Below are positions 49,874 to 64,000 of a stretch of 64,000 bases of DNA, piece by piece. The stretch comes from Octopus sinensis. Its lineage: Eukaryota. Where the stretch lies: positions 59,520,001-59,584,000 of the forward strand of contig NC_043007.1 in assembly GCF_006345805.1 (NCBI RefSeq). The letters run 5' to 3'. The translations under genes were made by a program, and so were the position numbers. The notes under the pieces are model-generated. The model was not told the DNA's origin, ran no database searches, and was given only the letters and a program-made list of their open reading frames with translations. Position 1 is the first letter of the stretch, and each line of letters begins with the position of its first letter.

Positions 49874-51100
49874 TGAGAGAAAGAGAGAGAGGAGAAAGAG
49901 AGAGAGAGGGAGAAAGAGAGGGGGAAGAGAGGGGGAAGAGAGGGGGAAGAGAGGAAGAGAGTGACCGTTGAAAGAATCAAGAAAATGGTGAGTCCTTTGT
50001 TGCAGGTTGTAGAAGCATAGTTAAGAAGTGATTTTTGGAACGCAGGACAATCCAAATTTACTGGGCAAAGCTTTTGTAGAAAGGAACCACAACCTCGAAC
50101 ACAGTAACCATCACCCCCCACCACCACCAACAACAACAAAACGGCAATGACACCCACAACAACGATAGAGATAGCGACGTCTTTGGTAACATTAACAACA
50201 AATAAAATATATTATAAAATATAAACAGATAAAGATACGAAAAACTAAGAGAAAAAGAAATTTCGGCAGAAAAAAAAACAACTTAAAGCAAGATTTAATT
50301 CTCACACTATTTCATATTTAATTTTAAATACCTTATACTGAAAGGTTGTCTCCCCTACCTCTTCCTGACCAGAATTAATAATTGAAGATAAAAATATATT
50401 TTCTTCCACAGCATGTGTAATTTTAATTGATTAAATTTTCTCACGACAATGATTATGTTAGCTTCCATTTTATTACTCATGTTTCCCGCAGAAGGCGTCC
50501 CTAGGCATTATTTTTTTTTCCATTTTACGGTTTTATGTTCATTGTGACGGAAGGAATGGTGGGAGGATGAGAAAGTGTTCATCCATCGCCATCATCTTAC
50601 TCACCACCTTACCTCCACGTATAGATTTGAGAGAGAAAGAGAGAGAGAGAGAACGAGGGGAGGAGAGAGAGGGCTGTGGTGGCAGAGGAAGAGACTGACA
50701 GATAGACAGCAAGACGGAATTCCTTTCTTGGTGAGATGAACTGGAAAGGTGTCCATTGGAAAAGTAAACACGGAAGACACATTGAATATTATCTTCATTG
50801 CAAGCATCAATATCAACAAAACCACACCCCGCCATCATTAATACGCCATCCACCACCAACCCAGTCCCCCCATCATCACCACAACCAACAATGACGTTGC
50901 CGCCGCTACTACCAGCATCTCCACCAGCACAAGCAGCAGCAGCAGCACCACCACCACCACCATCACCACCACCAACATCGACAAAACGATGAAACCTGCC
51001 CCATTGCTGTTACCACCGCCCTAATTATCGCCATCCTTATCGTCATCACCACCAATGTCACGACGACGACCACCATGACCACCACCATCAATAATAAGAA

Positions 51101-51401
51101 TTCTTTCTACTGTAGGTGCAAGGCCCGAAAATTTACATCGACCCTTGTGCTAAAGTGGTGCTTATTCTTATTTCTTTATTGCCCACAAGGGGCTAAACAC
51201 AGAGGGGACAAACAAGGACAGACAAACGGATTAAGTCGATTATATCGACTCCAGTGCGTAACTGGTACTTATTTAATCGACCCCGAAAGGATGAAAGGCA
51301 AAGTCGACCTCGGCGGAATTTGAACCCAGAACGGAACGGCAGACGAAATACGGTTACGCATTTCGCCCGGCGTGCTAACGATTCTACCAGCTCGCCGCCT
51401 T
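51101..51401 (-). mobile_element. SINE family S1 inside a degenerate (CAC/CCA)n region
   Basis: Reverse complement of the S1 consensus. Confidence 0.9.
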
Positions 51402-51968
51402 GACTTCAGCAGGATGAATGGCGACCACTAACACGACAACGACCACCACCACCACTACCATCCCCACATCACCATCCCCAGGACCACCACTACCATGACG
51501 TCCACCACAACCACCATGTCCATCATCCAACACCACCATTCTCATGGCAACAACGACGACGACGACCACTACCACCAGCAGCACCACCAATATTACCAAT
51601 GACCATTAACACCGTTCCTCTTATCATCACTTCCAGCAGCACCACCAGAACCACCAGCACCACCTCCACCAGCACCACCACCACCTCCACCAGCACCCCA
51701 GCACCCCCAGCACCACCAGAACCGCCAGCACCACCGCCGTCGTCAGCATCACCAGCAACATCAGCAATGCGATGAACTTCATCCCCAACACCACCAGCCG
51801 CTAAAACCATCATCACTACCTGTATAACCATTATTAATACACCATTTCCTCCCCACTTCTTCATAACACTCATTTTTCAGCCTCAGAGTATGTGCAAGTA
51901 CGTGTATGTGTGAGAAAGAAAGTAAGAGAGAGAGAGAGAGAAACCAGGGAGAAAGAGAAAGAGTGTGT

Positions 51969-52020
<52 letters not shown>

Positions 52021-52400
52021 GTATGTGTGAGTATGTTTATGTATGTATTCTCTGTGCATGTGTATATTTTTATGAATGCGCGCGCACATATATCTATCTA
52101 TCTATCTATCTATCTATATATATATATATCTATATATATATATATATATATCTATATATATATATATCTATATATATATATATCTATATATATATATATC
52201 TATATATATATATATACATGCATACATATATATATATATACATGCATACATATATATATATATATATATATACATGCATACATATATATATATATATATA
52301 TATACATATTTATATTTATATATGTGCGTGTGCGTGTATAAATGCATATATTGATGCATACTATACACACATATATGTGTGTGTATGTGTGTGTGTGTAT

Positions 52401-52754
52401 GTACGTGTGTGTAAGTGAATGTGTAAGTAAATTTACGTAAGGGAGATAGAGAAAAGGAAACGGTGCATGTGTGAATAGTTGAATGTGTGTATGGGCGTAC
52501 ATACGTATATATTGGAGTATGTGTGTCTGTACGTTTGTGTATACATGAATGAGTGTGTATGTACGTGTGTGTAAGTGAATGTGTAAGTAAATTTACGTAA
52601 GGGAGATAGAGAAAAGGAAACGGTGCATGTGTGAATAGTTGAATGTGTGTATGGGCGTACATACGTATATATTGGAGTATGTGTGTCTGTACGTTTGTGT
52701 ATACATGAATGAGTGTGTATGTACGTGTTTGATGGTGCAAGTTTAGGTGAGACG

Positions 52755-52793
<39 letters not shown>

Positions 52794-52832
52794 AGAGAGA
52801 GAGAGAAAGAGTGATAGGAAAGGAAAGAGAGA

Positions 52833-52903
<71 letters not shown>

Positions 52904-53272
52904 TGATAGGAAAGGAAAGAGAGAAGAAGAGAGAGAGAGAAAGAGGGGAGATAGACACAGAGAATGAAATGTTATGTGTTTGGGTGTTTGCATATGTATG
53001 TGCCTGAATGTGTGTGTGTATGTGTGTGTGTTTGGTGCGTTGTGTGTGTGTGTGTATGTGTGTGTGTGTATGTACGTGTGTGTAAGTGAATGTGTAAGTA
53101 AATTTACGTAAGGGAGATAGAGAAAAGGAAACGGTGCATGTGTGAATAGTTGAATGTGTGTATGGGCGTACATACGTATATATTGGAGTATGTGTGTCTG
53201 TACGTTTGTGTATACATGAATGAGTGTGTATGTACGTGTTTGATGGTGCAAGTTTAGGTGAGACGGAGAGAG
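52401..53272. repeat. Three apparently identical copies of a 160-bp unit (52401, 52561, 53072)
   Basis: gtacgtgtgtgtaagtgaatgtgtaagtaaatttacgtaagggag... repeats; the downstream gatggtgcaagtttaggtgagacgg occurs twice. Confidence 0.93.
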
Positions 53273-53369
53273 ATAGAGACAAAGACAGAGAGAGATTGGT
53301 GGAGGAGAATGAAAGAATGTCTATACGCGTGTAATTATGTGTAAGAGAAAGCAAGAGAGGAATAAAGAA

Positions 53370-53407
<38 letters not shown>

Positions 53408-53718
53408 GGCGGGAAATAGGCAAAGATTCTTTTCTGTATAACATGTATTCCTGTGTAAATGTAGAAGAGATATATTGATAGATATACAGAGAATGAGAGA
53501 GAGAGGGAGGGAGAGAGAGAATCTACATGCATCAAAGAGGAAACGAGGGGAGAGAGAGAGAGGGAAAGTGAGGGAGAGGGAGAAAGAATGAATGGAGTGT
53601 GAAGTATGTATGAATGCCTGTGTGTATTTGTGGATAAGTATGTACGTATAGTGAGACCTTGGGCACTTATATATATATATATATGATATATATATATATA
53701 TGTAATATATATATATAT

Positions 53719-53755
<37 letters not shown>

Positions 53756-54137
53756 GCACATATATCTATCTATCTATATATATATATATCTATATATATA
53801 TATATATATATACATGCATACATATATATATATATATACATATTTATATTTATATATGTGCGTGTGCGTGTATAAATGCATATATTGATGCATACTATAC
53901 ACACATATATGTGTGTGTATGTGTGTGTGTGTAAATGTGCACCTGCCACAATATCGCTGTCATCACAATGCCAATTGTCCAACACCTTCCACCGCTGCTG
54001 CCCTCCTTTTATTTCTTTTTTATTCGTCTTTTTAATTATTTATTCATTGTTTGTTTTTGCAATTAACAGCAATGTATGCGAGAAGCGCAGAAAAAGAGAG
54101 ACAGAGACAGAAATAAAGAGACGGAAACGTTAATGTT

Positions 54138-54209
<72 letters not shown>

Positions 54210-54970
54210 GTGTGTGTATGTGTGTATGTGTGTGTGAAGAGAGAAATATTGTAGAGAAAACGTTACACATCCCATAGCAACAGAAACAAGCAAGCAACAA
54301 CAAAGAAAACAATAAAAGTAAATAAAGAAACAGAATGAGACATAGATTAAAACCAAAATGCATTGAAGGCGTCAACAGGATATTAAAGCAATATGGACGA
54401 CAACGAACCCTTCTAAATATGATATAACTACCGACCATTGACGACGTCACATTCAAAGAAAATGTCAATGGCAAAGGAAGGCAGAAACAAAATAAATAAA
54501 TAAATAAATAAATAGATAAATATATGTTCGAATATTGTCAAATCGAGCAAGGATGTTTCCTTTTTCCTTTTGGCAAAAGAGATAGCAATAAACCAGACAG
54601 TTTCTTTTTCTATTTTTTTTAGTTATATTAGTGAAATAAAAAGCAACAAAGAAACAAGCAAAGGAGCTATAAAAATCCGCCATTTTTATTCCAAGGAAAA
54701 ATAAAACACAGCTATAACAAAAACACTCTAAAAACCTCTATGAATCTCATTTGATATAGTTTCCGTATATACTGGGAAATTTCAATTCCAGTTTTGGGGT
54801 AGTATATATATATATATTTCATATTTTATGCTTTTAATTTTTTTTGTTGTGCTTTTTCTTTTCGATGTATGCTTTTTGTATATAATAAATGTCATTTTTT
54901 TGCAAAGATGATAGCTGAACATTTTAGAAATTGTCCCCATCTCTAATTTTTGAGTTTAGGGAAAATAAAT

Positions 54971-56204
54971 TATTGGGTCAACCTATAAATAATGCGTTTT
55001 TTTAAATATTTATTTATTTTTCAAAATTAAGATAAACACAGTTCTTTTTTAATCTAAAATATACTCTCCCTCATTTTCTGCAATGTTCTTCCATCTATCT
55101 TGCAAGGCCCTTCTTCCAAAATTCACTTGTCCGTGATGAAAAATGCTTCTCCAGTACTGATCTGACCTAGCCTACAGAATTCATATTTTTTCCGCCCAAA
55201 TAATTTTGAAGACTGCAGAATAAATGATAATCAGATAGGGCAATGTCTGCCGAATATGGAAGGTGGAGTATCGTTTCCCATTCAAACTGTTCCAGCCTTT
55301 GGAATGTCATCCTCGTTGTATGTGGCCGAGCATTATTTTGAAGGAAGAACACCTTTCGTCTTGAAACCAAAGACGGTCGTTTTACTTTTAGCGCTAACTT
55401 AAGCCGTTCAAGCTGCTTGCAGTAGATCTTTGTTATCGTTTGGTTTGGGTTTAAAACAGATAACAAACCCTACGTGAGTGAAGACCTTCTTTAGATTGGG
55501 GTGCCAGTGTTTTTTCTTCCACTACCCACTGTCTTCGACGCTTGACATTTTTATAGAGAGCCCATTTCTCATCACCGGTCACTATTCGGTCCGAAAAAGG
55601 TTCAATCGTGAGACGTGGCAGCAAAGAAGAACACACATTCACTCTCTGTAGGCAATTAGATTCGGAAAGTTTGAAGGATCCATTAACCCAATTTGCTGAC
55701 TTTTCTGATGGCACGCAGGTGTTGAATGACCAAATCTAAGCTTCTCTTCTAGTTCCTCAACTGTTATGATGGGATTTTGTTTCACTAGGGTTTGCACGTC
55801 GTCCTCGTCGAGCTCTACAGATCTTCCAGGACGAGGCACGTCTTCTAGGCTGTAGTTTCTGGCTCGGAATTTCTGGAACCACTGTTGACGCTGGCTTACG
55901 CTTATTGTTCGATCCCCATATACTACATTAATATCCCTTGCACTTTCTGTTGCGTTATTACCTTTATTGAAGTCATAGAGCAAAATATGCCGAATATGCT
56001 CCTTTGTCAGTTCCATTATAGCTTTGAGAATATAACTGTTAAGATCGAACAGCACTCTTCAAAACTTGTACTAAAAATAAGGACAAGGTAAAATTACTGC
56101 CTGATTTTATAGCAAGTAGATGCAGGTAGTTTATCCCGTCCCCTTCAGACTTTTAGTTTGAAATATAATTGAAAAGACCGCATTATTTATGGGATGACCC
56201 AATA
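54971..56204 (-). mobile_element. Defective mariner (DD34D-type) transposon, ~1230 bp
   Basis: TIRs TATTGGGTCAACCTATAAATAATGCG versus TATTGGGTCATCCCATAAATAATGCG (TA TSD included); transposase remnants inside. Confidence 0.93.
55167..56016 (-). pseudogene. Mariner transposase pseudogene
   Basis: MELTKEHIRHILLYDF...SLEDVPRPGR, RIVTGDEKW, QNNARPH (HDNARPH) and YSADIALSDYHLF (YSPDLAPSDYHLF); frameshifts and an internal deletion. Confidence 0.9.
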
Positions 56205-58009
56205 CAACGAGCAAACGATTAAGTTGATGCTACATTTTCTTTAAATAATTACGTCCCGTACATTTGCAATCACTGAAAATTGTTCAGCTATGTACGATTA
56301 GACTGTAATAATTTTCCTTGCTTCAAACTTTGTTGTTGTTGCTACCCAATATACCATATGGTTACCTTATAGAATATTGGAAAATATGGTACTGGGCTAT
56401 TAATGGCACCCGGCCTTGTTCGTGATATACTTCCACATATCCATCTTGATTCTGAGGCTGCCGTTAGGGCTCTGTTTCTTACTGAAGTGTACTCCCACAA
56501 TCCAGACGTGCACAACATTCGTGTTTCTCACTAAACCAGTTTTAATATTTTGTCGGCATATTGCGCTGAGTGATGTTGCTTTGCTAGTGTTCTGGTATTC
56601 CTACGTGTAATATACCGTTTCGTCAATTTAATATATGTTTTCACGCTCGCAGGATAATTAGTTGTACTAGAGGCAGACAAGTGTTATTTTAAGGCATTAC
56701 AACGCCTTACTATTTTAACAAGAAACCAGACTTCTTCAGGTAGCATCTTGTTATTGGGGATACATTGACTTCTATTTTGTTTTTCCTTCATTTTTGACAA
56801 AATCGCTTCGGGACTGCAAAGAAAAAACAAAAACAGTGTAAAAAGTCTGTTTTGTTAGAAACACACTTTTTACACTGTTTTTTTTCTTTGCGATTTGACG
56901 AAAATCTCTTCTTACAGATGTTTTTATGTCTGATATATATTTTTTTGTTGTACTAGTTCGATGCCCGTTACTTTGCTGATGGCAAGATGTAAAATTTGAA
57001 TTTTAAATTTCGTTTGCCCATTTAAAATGTTACGTTTAATATAAAATATATTCAGTTTAAATACAGAAAAAAAGTATCTTTAAAAGAATTAGAAAGTTAT
57101 TAACTTTACTCCTATTTTCATTCTCAGAAAAATAGAAGTTTTATTAAGCGCGTTTTAGTTGGGTAAATCAACTAATTTTAGGTTGTCTTTCTCAGGAAAG
57201 GTTTTATAAATATAATATTGTTTAATATTATTTAACTAAAATTGTTTATTTTAAAAATATTTTATTTTATACACAGCAAACTCAGAATAAACATTGTATA
57301 GTATTTGCATTTACTTAGCTGACTTCTTCATAAATAACGTTTCTAAACAAAGTCCTGGTTTCATCACTATGATGTGTCTTTCTGGATGATATGAAGGCTA
57401 TTTGACTGCTATTTTAAGCAGTTCGAGAAATCACATAAATGCTCTCACAGCTGTAAATATGTGAGTGTATACTAGTAATATATGTGGCAGTCGGTAAAAG
57501 TAAAAAGGATGTTTATGTAATAATTTTGTCTACAATAACGTAACATTTAAGTCAAAGTGGTAAATGATAAGTTTCAATGAAATATTGTTATTCATAATTA
57601 AATGTTTTCTAGGTTTTTGGTTTTTAATTCCCCAATTCATATTTATTAACAACTATTTAAGTGTAAAATAAACTATTTACCTCACAAACAGCAGAATTCT
57701 GTTTTACTGACTGAAAATATTTGTTCAATAATTTATCGACCTCAGAAATTGTTATAAAAGGGGTCTTTTGCCACTGTTGTACCTGTCTTTTGACAACGAT
57801 TGTCACTCTGACAGATATTATTATATTCCGAAGTCGTCGATAGTCGTGCAGTGTTATCCTCAAAAGGTTGGAGCCGGATAATGCCTACTCAGTATCACAG
57901 TATGATTACACGTTTAACTTCACTGTTCCTCGTCTGTGTATTGTCCTTTATGTTTTGTGTTCGGCTCTGGTAGTCAATAAGGAAAAAATTATTATTATTA
58001 TTATTATTA

Positions 58010-58595
58010 TTTTTTTTTTTTCCTTCTTTCTTCAAATTTTCTTCCATTTCTCGTCGAGTGTTTTCCGTACACCTAGCGCAGAGAAGCTCATTGTATGCAT
58101 TCCCAGATTACACACGCAAACTCACAGGTAAAATATGTATTTAAAAAATTAATAAATAGATTAATTCATGAATGGATGCTGTTTTCATAACGATAATGCT
58201 TTTCTCAGTACATGAGTCGTTCCAGTTAACACGATTTTTTGCATTTCCTGTAGGGATGGCAAGCCTGGTATCATTTTCAAATAGGTTTCAGTACCTTTTT
58301 TTTTTATCATTCCTAGAGATCCTACAATCACTGGTACTGTAGTCGCCTTGAGATGCCACATTTTTTCAATTTCCATTACCAAGTCCTTATATTTACTAAT
58401 CTTGTCAAATTCTTTCGCCGCTATATTGTAATCGCAAGGAATACTCATATCAATTAATAAACACACCTTTTTTGTCTGATCTTTTATAATAATATCCGGT
58501 TTATTAGCTTTTACAGTTCTGTCGGTATGTACGGGGAAGTCCCATAGAATCGACACATTTTCTCCCTCAGTCGCAGCTTCAGGATGGTGCCTATA
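58010..58595 (-). mobile_element. R4/Dong-like RLE retrotransposon 3' fragment (copy A, divergent subfamily)
   Basis: ILWDFPVHTDRTVKANKPDIII...LIDMSIP...EFDKISKYKDL; stop at 58185; the 3' UTR ends in (AAT)n at ~57990-58010. Confidence 0.88.
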
Positions 58596-59059
58596 GTAGA
58601 AAGGATTATTATCATTATTGGGTGATAAATTTGAGCGTCGTAAAAAATTCCTTGCGGTATTTGTTCTGGCCTTATATGTTCTGAATTCAAATCGAACAGA
58701 GCTCAAATTACCCTTTCATCCTTTAGGAGTCTGAACTATAAAATAAAATACTAGTCAAGTGCCGGGGTCGATGGTATCAACTGATCCCCACCTTTGAAAA
58801 TTTTTGGCCCTGTGCCTAAATTAGAGATCATTATAAATAACAAAAGACATATGAAATTGAAACTAGCTCATAAGGAACTCATTAATTTGTTTTCTTTTAG
58901 GACCTTCTTGCTCATACTGAAGCTGCTCTAAAGTAAATGAAATAGAATGGATTCGGCAGTCGTTTGAAACCATATCGTAGATCATGCTGGCAGCTGACTT
59001 CTTGCTACGACACACTCACCTTTGTCATCAATACTTTAGCATATTGATTTCAGATTTTG

Positions 59060-59315
59060 GCACAAGTCCAGCAATTTCAGGGGTGGGATGTAAGTCGATT
59101 ACATCGAACCTGCGCACAACTGGTACTTATTTTATCGACTCCGAAAAGATGAAAGGCAAAGTCGACCTCAGCAGTTCAAATTCCGCCGAGGTCGACTTTG
59201 CCTTTCAACCCCTCGGGGTTGATAAATTAAGTATCAGTGAAACACTGGGGTCGATGTAATCGACTAGTCCCCTCTCCCAAATTCCAGGCCATGTGCCTTT
59301 AATAGAAAGGATTAT
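59060..59315. mobile_element. Two S1 SINE cores fused head-to-head
   Basis: Perfect 19-bp inverted repeat, 59151-59169 and 59188-59206, with an 18-nt spacer and longer imperfect arms. Confidence 0.85.
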
Positions 59316-59439
59316 TATTATTATTTAAGATGTCGCACAGTATTCAATATCGTGATGTTGTTGATTGAAGATACTGTGCCTATCGGGGGTTTGTACTGTC
59401 TGTCACGTCACAACAAAGACCTCAGAGAGACAGTATCTT

Positions 59440-59880
<441 letters not shown>

Positions 59881-61997
59881 CAGTAGTTTTATTTTTATAG
59901 CGTGCTTTCACTTCACTACCGAGCACAGCTCTGTGTGCCTTGGGTATGTGCTGTGATTTGTTGTGATGCTCTGATGGTTATTGTATGGAAAGTGTTCTGC
60001 GTAGGATGTGTGCAGTGCCTAGTAGTGCAATTTTCTGTATGTTATATGTGTTTGTAAGTCCTGGTGTTTTTGTTATGTATTTGTCTGAATATTTTTTTAT
60101 CATGCCCAATGCACCTACTATGATAGGAATTGTTTCTGTTTTCAGATTCCACATTCTAGTTACCTCTATTTCCAGGTCTTTGTATTTTGAGAGTTTCTCC
60201 ATTTCTTTTAGAGACACGTTGTCATCAGCCGGTATTGATACATCAATTAGAAAGCATTTTTTTCTTCATGATCTCTGACAACTATATCTGGTCTGTTGGC
60301 CTTAATTTCTCTATCTGTGTGTATCGGCATATCCCAGAGTATGGTTGCTTTCTCGTTTTCTGTGACCTTTTCTGGTGTGTGCCTATGCCATCTTTTTTCT
60401 GTTGTTATTCCATAATGTTGGCATAGCTTCCAATGTATGTAGGTTCCAACTCTGTCATGTCTGTGAATATATTCCTTCTTAGCCAAGACTGGGCAGCTAG
60501 AGATAATATGATTTATTGTTTCTTGTCCATCTCCACATATTCTGCAGTTACTTGTAATGTTTCTTTTCATTACATGTTTTTGGTAATTTCTGGTGGGGAG
60601 GCTTTGGTCTTGTGCTGCAATTAAAAATCCCTCTGTCTCTGCTTTGAGTCCTGAGCTTCTCAACCATTGCTGGGATTTTTCTTTGTCTATTTCTTTTGCG
60701 TTTAGTTTAGTACAGTATTTACCATGAAGGGGCTTTTCTTGCCATCGTTTGATCATGGTTCGTTGCTGTTCTATTTTTAGTTTGGATTTCATTTGTTTTA
60801 TAGCTTTTGTTGTTTCTTCATCTTCTTCTTCTTCTTCATGTTTATTAGGTGGTATGATTTCTTGTTTGTATTTGTCAGCTTCCTTAAATACTGAGAACAG
60901 TTTTTTGTTTTGCTCGTGTTTTGCCGCTATCTGGATCAGTTTTCCTTCCTTCTGAAGTAGATATTTTTGTAGTCCTATGGTGGTTATTTTATAGTAGTTT
61001 TCCAGCTGTATAAGGCCTCTACCACCTTCTATACGTTGTATATATAGTCTTTCTATGTCAGATTTTGGGTGATGCATCCTAGATCCTGTCATTATTTTTC
61101 TTGTTTTCCTATCTATTTTGGTCAGTTCATTTCGTGTCCAGTTAAGGATATTGTAGCTGTAACTTATAACTGGGAGAGCTAAAGTGTTGATACCTATTAT
61201 CTTGTTTTTAGCAATGAGCTCTGTGTTTAGTATTGTTGTAACTCGTCTATAATATTCTTTTTTTATTTTCTCTTTCATTTGTGTGTGTTGTGTCTTATCT
61301 AGTTCATGGATTCCTAAGTATTTGTAAGTTTGGCTTTGGTCTAATTCTTTTATTTCATTGGTTTTATCTAGTGTGATGTTGTTACTCTTAACTAGTTTTC
61401 CTCTTTTCAGGGTTACTTTGGCGCATTTTTCTAATCCAAATTTCATATATATTTCTTTGGTAAATCCATGAACTGTCTTTAATAGTGTTTCCAGCTGTTT
61501 GTCATTTGCAGCGTATAGTTTTAGGTCATCCATATATAAAAGGTGGCTGATCGTTTTGCCGTAACATTTATATCCGCATCCAGTTCTATTTAGCATATCA
61601 GATAGAGGTGACAGTGCCAAGCAGAAAAGGAGTGGAGAGAGCATGTCTCCCTGGAATATTCATCTTCTAATGGGGATGTCTTTGGTTTTCATGAGTCCCT
61701 CTTTTGTTTGGAGGTGTAGGACTGTTTGCCATTTATTCATAGAGTGCTCTATGAATTTTATGATTGTTGGTGCTACTTTGTTAATGGCTAGTGTTTCAAG
61801 GATCCATGTGTGGGGGATGCTATCAAACGCCTTTTTGTAGTCAATCCAGGCCATACTGAGGCCTTTCTTCTTTCTGTGGCTGTCTTCAGTTATGGCTTTA
61901 TTAATCATTAGTTGATCTTTACAGCCATATGAGCCTTTGCGGCATCCTTTCTGCTCTTCTGGGAACAGTTTGTTTTCGTCCAGGTGCTTGTTCAGCC
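59881..61997 (-). mobile_element. R4/Dong-like RLE retrotransposon, 5'-truncated, young (copy C)
   Basis: EQKGCRK, WIDYKKAFDSIPH, R*IFQGDMLSPLLF, HLLYMDDLKL, CRIC...HI...C zinc knuckle, RHD and RPDIVV...LIDV...KEMEKLSKYKDL. Only one stop (61660-61662) and one homopolymer frameshift (T7 at 60257-60263). Confidence 0.95.

Positions 61998-62092
<95 letters not shown>
61998..62092. repeat. Perfect (TTA)n, ~31 units, between copies C and D
   Basis: Directly visible. Confidence 0.97.
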
Positions 62093-62095
<3 letters not shown>

Positions 62096-63050
62096 TAGTC
62101 TTATTTTTATCACGTGCTTTCACTGCACTATCGAGTGCAGCACTGTGTGCCTCAGGCATGTGCTGTGGTATTTTTCTGATGCTCTTTTCTTACTCTATTG
62201 AAAGTGTTTTACGTAGGATGTGTGCAGTGCTATTTTCTGTATGTTATATATACATGTTAGTCCAGGTGTTTTTGTTACGCAATTGCCTGAATATTTCTTT
62301 TATAACACCTAATGCACCTACTACAATAGGAATAGTTTCTGTTTCTAGACTCCACGTTCGAGTTACCTCCATTTCCAAGTCTTGGTATTTTGACAGTTTC
62401 TCCGTTTCTTTTAGAAAAACATTGTCATCTGTTGATTTTTTCTTGATCTCTGACAACTATATCTGGCACATTGGCCTTAATTTCTCTATCTCTGTGTATT
62501 GACATATCCCATATTATGCTTCCATTCTCATTTTCTGTGATCTTTTTTGGCATGTGCCTATACCATCTTTTTCTGTTGATAATCCTTAGTGTTGGCATAG
62601 CTTCCAGTGTATATAAATCCCAAATCTATCGTGTCTGTGAATATATTCCTTCTTAGCCAGGACCGGGCAGCCAGAGAGAATATGATTTATTGTTTCTTTT
62701 CCATCTTTACATATTCTGGAGTTACTTGTATTTCTTTTCACTACATTTTTTTCGTAGTTTCTGGTGGGAGAGGCTTTGATCTTGTGCTGCATTTAAAAAT
62801 CCTTCTGTCTCTACTTTGAGTCCTTAGCTTCTCAGCCATTGTTGGAATTTTGCTTTGTCTATTACTTTTCGGTTTAGTTCAGCCCAGTATTTGCCATGAA
62901 GGGTCTTCTCTTGCCATCGTTTTATCATGATCCGTTGCTGTTCCAGTTTTAGTTTGGATTTCAGTTGTTTTATAGCTTTCGTTGTTTCTTCTTATTCACA
63001 GTTGTTAGTTACTATGACTTCTTTTCTGTATTTGTCACCTTCCTTAAAAC
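62093..63050 (-). mobile_element. R4/Dong-like retrotransposon, older 5'-truncated copy D
   Basis: Colinear with 59881-60900 including the 3' UTR (cagtagt.ttatttttat..cgtgctttcact); more frameshifts than copy C. Confidence 0.92.
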
Positions 63051-63130
63051 CTTAAGATTCAAGTGCAATAATAATGTTTAACAGTTCAAAACTGAGTAGT
63101 GAAATGCAGAATTAGATCGGCTAACCGTGA

Positions 63131-63181
<51 letters not shown>

Positions 63182-63190
63182 ATATATATA

Positions 63191-63737
<547 letters not shown>

Positions 63738-63759
63738 CGTATGTGTGTGTGTGTGTGTG

Positions 63760-63925
63760 TGTGTTTGTTCCCCACCACCGTAACATCGCAGTTCCAATAG
63801 AATAAGTACTAGGCTTAAAAAAATGAACTGGAGGCGATTCCTTCGACTAAAATTTCTTCAAAGTTGTGACCCAGCATAGCCGCAGTCTAATGACTGAAAC
63901 AAGTAAAAGAGAAAAGATAAAAGAT
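63760..63925 (+). mobile_element. SINE family S2, 3' part
   Basis: Tail cccagcatagccgcagtctaatgactgaaacaagtaaaaga. Confidence 0.8.
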
Positions 63926-64000
63926 TTCGTTATTAAATAGAAGTCAATAGATGGCGTTGTTTAAATAACAAGGAGGGGTGGAGCGGAATTAATGTAAGAA

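Noticed and set aside
50780-51873. V/G/M-rich or T/P/H-rich ORFs
   Set aside because: Degenerate (CAC/CCA/CAG)n low-complexity DNA interrupted by a SINE.
52401-53231. Regularly recurring repeats superficially like an array
   Set aside because: Whole units are duplicated with no unique spacers, the context is eukaryotic and there are no cas genes; not CRISPR.
56373-56534. 53-codon open frame after ttatAG (NIGKYGTGLLMAPGLVRDILPHIHLDSEAAVRALF...)
   Set aside because: Protein-like by eye but no recognised homology, a weak acceptor and no upstream exon.

Overview
Eukaryotic, AT-rich, repeat-saturated genomic DNA. The SINE families, microsatellite load and retroelement spectrum suggest an octopod cephalopod; this is inferred from recall, not from a database search. 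No confidently identifiable host protein-coding gene, rRNA, true tRNA or CRISPR array is present, and most of the supplied ORFs are microsatellite translations. The window contains: (i) a ~3.7-kb CR1-group APE-RT LINE with an intact, atypical ORF1 overlapping the ORF2 start; (ii) a head-to-tail stack of four R4/Dong-like RLE retrotransposon copies, three of them directly abutting long (TAA)n arrays; (iii) several Penelope-like element (PLE) remnants, whose terminal repeats carry minimal hammerhead-ribozyme motifs, two of them inside long inverted duplications; (iv) RTE fragments, a defective mariner, pogo-type and hAT MITEs, a non-autonomous Helitron and a foldback element; (v) many tRNA-derived SINEs. 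The most notable observations are a hammerhead with an intact core at 63235-63329, a 3'-terminal motif with a covarying hairpin shared by two LINEs and one SINE family, and a weak by-eye chain of minus-strand micro-exons that could be a host gene. All coordinates were read by eye, and element boundaries may be off by a few to tens of bases.
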